NCBI RefSeq assembly: GCF_006345805.1
Contig: NC_043011.1
Coordinates: forward strand, 15,264,464-15,328,463
Source: Octopus sinensis
Taxonomy: Eukaryota
Length of the DNA stretch: 64,000 nucleotides
Direction of reading: 5' to 3'
In this document: positions 56,246 through 64,000 of the stretch, one piece after another
How positions within the stretch are numbered: the first letter of the stretch is position 1
How the letters are laid out: each line of letters starts with the position of its first letter
Position numbers and translations under genes: made by a program
Notes under the pieces: generated by a model
The model's input: the letters and a program-made list of their open reading frames with translations, nothing else
What the model was told of the DNA's origin: nothing
Database searches by the model: none

Positions 56246-57052
56246 ATATATACACACATACATATGCATATACGTATATACTTATATATAGGCGTCTGCA
56301 TATTATATTCGTACATAAATCAGTTATTGCCGTATTTATCCTGGAATAACATACCTTATGGACATACGGTGTTAGGCACGCTATTAATAGCGCGACACGA
56401 ATTCTAGCTCCGATGGCGGCCAACAAGAACACCAGATGCATGTCAGCCCTGAGGGTTAGACATGTACTCGCAATCTACCACATGCTTGAAGATGAATTCG
56501 TAATCTTCCATATAGGAAACATTCAATAAAATGCTAACTGATGTTGTCAAATAGCTCACCCAGCTAAATATAAATTTGGTATATTCAATTGAAATAGTAT
56601 TAGATTAAAATAGCCAGCTCAATGTGTATCCAACTTGATAGGTCAGCTCCTGAGATAACTTCCCTTACATGCGTGCTGTGTTAAAAATGCAATAAATATC
56701 AAAGTTTGAAAAACTCAGCCCTGCACGGCCACCACGAAGGCCAGATGCTTTTATCACCTTTTATAACATCCAGAAGCGATGTTATCTCAAGACGAACACC
56801 GTAGTAATTGGCGTACGATCATGTATATGTATACAATAAGTATGATATAGACATGGCTATTATTTAGACAGAATTATTTAGCAACAACGTAAGAAGTTTG
56901 AGTTGCGACGAATCCTCGTTTCAAGCAAATGGCTGGCTGCGAACACACGTTATTTACGAAGTTCGAAAAACTGAAATAACTTTATTACAAAGCGAATGGT
57001 GTGGTAACTGGCCTATATTATGTATATATATATGTATATATATATGTATATA

Positions 57053-57121
<69 letters not shown>

Positions 57122-57160
57122 GTATATATAATATATATATATAATATATATATGTGTATA

Positions 57161-57208
<48 letters not shown>

Positions 57209-57481
57209 ATATATATATATCAGAAATTAAAAAAGGAAAGTACGCACACTTACATCTAATTTTTAATGTATCGACCGGTTTCGCTTTTGCTATTCATGAT
57301 ATTATGTTTTACTTATTTGAATATGTATTTTTTCTTAAGAAGAAATTTTGTCCATGTTTTGTGTGATGAAATTCTCGAGTGAATGGCTTCACAAGTAGAT
57401 AAATAAATGGGAGGTAATTGGTTATCGTTATTATTGTTATTGTTTTGGTTAAGGGAGATAACTGTTCAGCTTTCGGTAATG

Positions 57482-57515
<34 letters not shown>

Positions 57516-57552
57516 ATGTGTGTGTGTGTGTATACATATATATATATATACA

Positions 57553-58839
57553 CGAGGGACGTTCAATAAGTAATGTCCCTGACCTACTTGCACTTGTTTG
57601 ATCTTGCTGAAATTCTGCATGTGCAACTATACATATCTCTATAGATGAAGTGGCAAATTACAGCTCTGAACTAATTGTGGTTTCTGATTTTCAGGTGTTT
57701 GAACTGAGTTAAGTGTGAAATGGAGCATGTTGAGTGTTGGTGATCCGGTTTTTGTATTTGAAAGGACGAACACCACGGGAGACTTTTAATGAAATGAAAG
57801 TAACTTATGGTGATGATGCCCCATCATATGACCTTGTAAAACGCTGGCATCGTGAATTCAAACATGGTCGGAACTCTGTGGAAACAGCTCCCAGATCTGG
57901 TCACCCCCTTTTGCCATTGATGAATCATCTGTCCGTCAAGTTGAGGCTGCCATTTTGGAAGATCGACGCGTAACTATTCGCCAAATAGCCCATGAGGTCA
58001 AGATTAGTACCGGGTCTGTGGATACAATCTTTCATGACCATTTGTATATGCAAAAGGTGTCTGCCAGATGGATTCCCAGGTTGCTTACACCTTTCCAGAA
58101 GCAAGAATGCGTCGACTGCTCGAAGATGAATTTTGGAGATGTGCCAAGAAGATGAGTCAAAATTTTTCAAAAGACTGATTACACAGGATGAAACCTGGGT
58201 CCATCACTATGATCCAGAGAACAAAGCCCAGTCAATGCAGTGGAAGCACCGTGACTCACCTCCTCCAAAGTAGGCAACGGTGCAGCCCTCCGCTGGCAAG
58301 GTCATGCTCACAGTCTTCTGGGACCAGAGCGGAGTAGTGATGACAGATTTCCTGGCAAGGGTACCACAATTACAGGAGCCTATTATGCTTCACTTTTGAG
58401 GAAATTAAGAGAAGCTATCAAAATCAAGAGGCGGGGCGAGATCAGCAAAGGCATCCTCCTCCTGCAGGACAACGCTCCGGTCCACAACTCGCGTGTCGCC
58501 AGATCAGAAGCACAGGCGTGCGGCTATGAACTCCTTCCCCACCCCCTTACTCTCCTGACCTTGCACCCTCTGATTTCCCCCTCTTCCCAGCCATGAAGTT
58601 GTTTTTGAAAGGAAAGCGTTTCCCAGATGATGCAGCCTTGATTTCTGAAGTTATGTCGTGGTTGGAGGACCAAGCTGGGATCTTCTACAAAAATGGTCTC
58701 CAGAGCTGCATCAAACGATGGGAGAAATGCGTAACTCTGGGTGCTTCCTATGGAGAAAAAGACTAATAACTGTGCCAAGTTTCGTTGCTCTACTGCTACG
58801 GGAAGTGGGTCAGAGGTATTACTTATTGAACGCCCCTCG
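57553..58839 (+). mobile_element. full-length mariner transposon (1287 bp)
   Basis: TIRs cgagggacgttcaataagtaat / attacttattgaacgcccctcg-TA; inserted in (TA)n. Confidence 0.95.
57720..58766 (+). pseudogene. mariner transposase pseudogene
   Basis: WIPRLL, TQDETWVHHY, LLQDNAPVH and PYSPDLAPSDF motifs; several frameshifts and an in-frame TAG at ~58270. Confidence 0.92.
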
Positions 58840-59924
58840 TATATATGTATCTATATGTATGTATATATATATTATGTATGTATATATATATATTATGTAT
58901 GTATATATATATATATTATGTATATATATATTATGTATGTATGTATATATATATTATGTATGTATATATATATAATATATATATATATATATTATGTATA
59001 TATATTATATATATATATATGTATATATGTATATATATATATATAATATATATATATATATATAAATATATATATATATGTGTATATATATATATGTATA
59101 TATATATATGTATATATATATATTATATATATATATATATTATTATATATATATATATAAACACTTGTTAATTAGAAACAAATTCCAAAACAAGTAATAC
59201 AAAAATGCACTTAAAATATAAAGAATATATATTGCACAAATTAGAAGGACTACAATAAAAGTATCTAACTCCGTTAAATGAACACGTTTCATGAAAATGT
59301 CACTAGACGGAAGCTCACTAAACCGAACAAAAACTACATAAAATACTCAAACGCAAAGTATATTTTGTACATTACAGTATCTACAAAAACCAGTCAAAAA
59401 CCCATTGAATAAACTCGTGATGACTACAGACAAAAATGTATAAGCAAATATGCGTCATAAACTACCACCACACGATAGTACTTTTAGTAGACATAATGCA
59501 TTATACATTTACGCTGTCTAACAATGATCCTGCAATAAAAAAATCTGTTGTGTCGTATATTAGATAGAAATGGAAACATTTTTTGGGGAACAATTTTCTG
59601 TCATTCAGAGAATCGTAAAGCATCGTATTTTAGCACTAAAATCAGCAATAATGATTTTTGACAAACTCAGTGCAACTGTAATAACTATTGATATAAGACA
59701 GCAGTTAAAGGAAACTAGACATATTCGACTCAGAAGACATGAGAAACAAAATACTTCTTGGCCAATGAAAAAAGCCTGATGTCAACTTTCAATGTTTCGA
59801 AGGTCAGTGAACAGGAATAAGATGTCAATAAGTATAATTACAATGACTGATGAATATAATAAATTAAACATCAATAGCAAGTCCCACTATGCTTATTTCA
59901 TCTAATACATAATAATCAAGGGCT

Positions 59925-60365
59925 CTAAGGTGGCGAGCTGGCAGAAACGTTTGTACGCCGGACGAAATGCTTAGCGGTATTTCGTCTCTTTTTAGGTTCT
60001 GAGTTCAATCCTGCTGAGGTCGACTTTGCCGTTCATCCTTTCTGGGTTGATAAATTAAGTACCTATTTCTTTACTACCTACAAGGGGCTAAACACAGAGG
60101 GGACAAACAAGGACAGACAAACAGACAGTGCGTAACTGATACTTATTTTATCGACCCCGAGAAGATGAAACGCAAAGTCGACCTGAGCGGAATTTGAACT
60201 CAGAACCTAACAGCAGACGAAATACAGCTACGCATTTCGCTCAGCGTGCTAACGTTTCTGCCAGTTCGTCGCCTTAAATTAAGTACCAGTTCCGTACTGT
60301 TGTCGATCTAATCGACTGACCCCCTCCCCTAGAATTTCGGGCCTTGTGCCTAGAGTAGAAAAGAA
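59925..60365. mobile_element. older SINE A variant (+) with a nested SINE A (-) at 60064-60274
   Basis: 13-bp TSD taaattaagtacc flanks the nested copy. Confidence 0.88.
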
Positions 60366-61643
60366 TAATCATGCGTTCTGGAAATGTTGCCAGATTTTCG
60401 AAAATTTGTAAGTGCAAATAAATTATGAAGAAATAGAAAGGAAATATGAAAATAAGTCACGATAATTATTTCCAAACCTGCAAGGTTTTCGCTGAAGTAG
60501 TGCATTTGTCGCCTTCTATTTTAGGTCGACGCTCTATTTCATATAGAAAATTGTCATGAACCAAGACAACTGAAGGAAGCTGCCCAGAAAATATGCATTG
60601 AAGCTACAACATTCTCAAAGTGTATGTGGTTGACAGAACGCAGTTGGAACACTTTCGCAGGCAAGAAATGATTTAATCCTCGCTGTCCCACTCTGGAGAA
60701 GAATACAGGCGAGGGTGAAAGGTTTGTAGCCCTGAGATATTACGGAAGGGTTTCTATCTGACATTGCTATGGTTTCAGAAGAGCTTGCAAAAACCTATGA
60801 GTTGTTGCTGCAGTTTCTACATAATGCAGTGCATATCTCCTATCCATTTTGCTTTTATTTACTACCATTAATGAAATTTAGTACTTACTAATGGACGAAG
60901 ATTTCTGTCCGAAATGCAGAGCATTGCATTTTTAATCCTGTTTGAAATATTTGCATTATTTGCCAAAGTAAGACGCAATTAATTCAAGCTCCAGTAGCGG
61001 CCAACAAGAACACCAAACCTCCCAGGTTAGACGTGTACTCGCAATCAACTACATGCTTGAAGATCAATTCATCACCTTCGATATAGGAACTAAGTAACTA
61101 GGAGACTAAACTTTTTCTAACACGGAAATGCTGCTAAATGTAGCGATAAGATGCTACACCCAGTATGGTATAATAAATGGTTTGAAGTGTGGAAAAAATA
61201 TTATAAGAGAAATTGAACTTTTCTGAATTAGTCTTTGGTCGGTGAGAGGTAAAATGTTAACAAGTTTTGTATCATTTGCTGTCTGATGAAGAGTTCAGTT
61301 CGAAATATTAAATGTCTTCTCTTATCCAAGCTATTAAATTCATTTCATTCTTTTAACGATTTTAAGATGGTTAACTGAAGCTTGCAGCTTATTTTCATTC
61401 GTGGTTGAAGTTAATTCACGTCATTATTATGTCTTTCAAGGACTTACCATAAGAAAAGCAGCGTTCTTGAATCTTTTCACTCCATTCGAGGCTTGTAGGA
61501 GGAATTATGATCGGACTAAAGATCAGATTGAAATGAATCCACAAGAGGTACCCAAGGGATTGATGACGATGTTAAATTGTGTCCCATATTATGTCAACCA
61601 CTTAATATTTTTGAAATCTACATGAATGCACAACAAATATATA

Positions 61644-61870
61644 TATTTCTTTACTACAAGCGGCTAAACAGAGAGGGGACAAACAAGGACAGACAAACGG
61701 ATTAAGTCGATTACATCGACCCCAGTGCGAAACTGGTACTTAATTTATTGACCTCGAAAGAATGAATGGCAAAGTCGACTTCGGCGGAATTTGAACTCAG
61801 AACGTAACGACAGACGAAATACCGATAAGCATTTCGCCCGGCGCACTAACGTTTCTGCCAGCTCGCCGCC
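61644..61870 (-). mobile_element. SINE family A
   Basis: Full-length match. Confidence 0.9.
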
Positions 61871-62319
61871 TATATATACCAATATATACCACAGCCAACC
61901 ATTTCTTTGTAAACCATATAAACCCATCCAGCCATTTCTTTGTAATACTAATATCTTCGAACAAGCGTAATGGTGAATTGGTATATTATAATCGTTGTAA
62001 GAAACTGGTGCAGTCGATATTTCTGATTTTCAGAATAGCTGGCGGGAAATGGATAATATAGTTAAACACCTTAACAGTATCAACCTGTAAAACGTTATGA
62101 CGAATCTAGTTGCATTGAAACTTTCTAAATCACACGAAATTCTAGCAAATCTTCATTATTGTAGAAATGATTTTATTTTAACTTACATCTTTATACTGAA
62201 ATCGAAATAATGTTGATTTCGACATCAACTAATTCTCAATTACCACAAGCTACGACTTCTTTTTACAAACACACACGCGCGAGCACGCATTTGCGCACAC
62301 ACACACATATATATGTATA

Positions 62320-62391
<72 letters not shown>

Positions 62392-64000
62392 CCTATATAT
62401 ACATACATACATATTTATGCATACATATATGTGTGTGTATCTCATTTTAACATCTATATTGCAAGCGAAATTGTGACAGCTAGTCGTGTCAAGATAAACG
62501 TCTTTATACTTTACTTTCTTGTTTTCGGTTTATCAAAGTGTTAGCTTATAAACGAAGGCAAATTACTCTGACTTCACACAGGGATACGCCTCTATAGCCA
62601 TCGTTAGTTATCTGCAATAGGAAAAAAGAAGCAAAAACAATTATATACGAAACTTAAATAAAAATTCACAAAAGGCGTTTGTGTTTTTTTTTTTCGTTAT
62701 CATATTATTTCTGACATGTTATTTCTCTTATTAACGTTGTTGGTGTTATTGTTGATAGTATTATATTCACTCTGTAATTTACGTTTGTTTTCGTCATTCT
62801 ATTTTGGAATGTAAAAATACCTATTCGTTTTGTGTTTAAGGCAACATAACAGAGTGCTATTTGAGATGTGGAGAATGCGTCTCTGCGTGGGAGCTGAAGA
62901 TAACAGAAAAAACAAAACCAAACAAAAGTATTACTAAATATAGATACGTTGTTCAATTTACAACAAAGAGGTTTAGTTCTGAACATGAAGTACATTTCTA
63001 TCTTCGGGATTTTAGAAAATTACAAAAGTCATTTAATTTACGTTTCCTTTTCACTTTGTATTTGTTAATAATACTGTTGGATTGCGGTAGTAAAGGAGGA
63101 GAATCTGAGGAGCACCAATGAAATTTACTAACGGTATAAATAGTAAATTGAGTCTTTAACTGTTCCGATGTTGAAATCACGAAGGCTTCTACTTACTGGT
63201 TTTTTGTCTGTGAATTTCTTATTTGTTTTATTGTGATTGTTGGCCTTTGCTGTTGTTTCGCTTTGTGGTATTTTATTGTCTTGATTCTTTTCCTCTTTGT
63301 ATGGTTACAGTTAAGTATTGGAGTCATTTCTTATCCATTACTTTTCTCGAAATGATTCAGTTGTTTCTTATCCCGTACATCTCGACATGGAAAATAGAAC
63401 ATCAGAAATAGATTGAAGACTGAAGCATAATGGGAGAAACGCTCAAAACAACAAGGCAACGCCATGATAAACTACAGGGAAGAGGACCAATGGTGATATA
63501 TTACAAACATCAAATTAAAATATGAAACAACAAGGCAGCCATCGAAAAGTCCCCCCCTCAAAGAAAAGGAAAAATAAGAAACTGAACAAGACAACAATAG
63601 GAAACTAACCAACCAGAGCAATAATCACAGATCCTTCCCTCAAATGTAATGGAAAACAAGCGAGCCCGAATAACGAAAGAGAAGCAGTTCTTGACTGAAA
63701 ATCGAATGGCGAAAAAAGAAATTCGGTTTCGACAAAATAAATGATACACATAATATACACTAAGTCTCCTCTTCCTCCTGTAGCTGCCAAACTAGGTTAT
63801 TTGAACACACGCGACCGCACACACAGATATGCGTGTGTATATATATATATGCATATATATAAAATTTACTTGGAAGAAGACGACGACGTGTGCGTTCAAT
63901 CATATAATAACAATTTAATAAATAAAACATATGTATACATACATATATATACATACCTACATCTATATGTATATATACATGCATATATGGGTACAGAACA

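Noticed and set aside
60880-60935. HHR-like GGAC..GTCC-GAAATGCA..TGCATT
   Set aside because: The 5' core is not CUGANGA and there is no stem I
61279-61320. HHR-like CTGATGA-aGAG-ttcag-TTC-GAAA-tattaaatgtc
   Set aside because: Core and stems II/III are plausible but stem I does not pair; at most a decayed copy

Overview
This is AT-rich eukaryotic DNA saturated with microsatellites, and I found no host protein-coding exon. The SINE families and 5S sequence point to an octopus (coleoid cephalopod) genome; this is an inference. Almost all ORFs in the track are simple-repeat artefacts. The window is mostly decayed transposons: Ty3/Gypsy, CR1/L2-like, Tx1-like and R4/Dong-like LINE remnants, mariner/Tc1 copies, a Helitron, Merlin-like MITEs and three tRNA-derived SINE families. 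The main unexpected signal is a set of at least six sequence-unrelated non-coding elements, each carrying a type I hammerhead ribozyme (HHR) core. They occur as tandem arrays or as divergent (5'-to-5') foldbacks whose 3' ends abut (TA)n or related microsatellites. The largest is a 2.7-kb array of ~555-bp units with five HHRs (19541-22235). A decayed Penelope-like RT/GIY-YIG ORF (~12.2-12.9 kb) is the expected kind of mobiliser, suggesting a Penelope-driven retrozyme (circular RNA) system. A second notable item is a 5S rRNA copy fused to a LINE 3' tail (SINE3-like). All structures were paired by eye; no folding or database searches were run.
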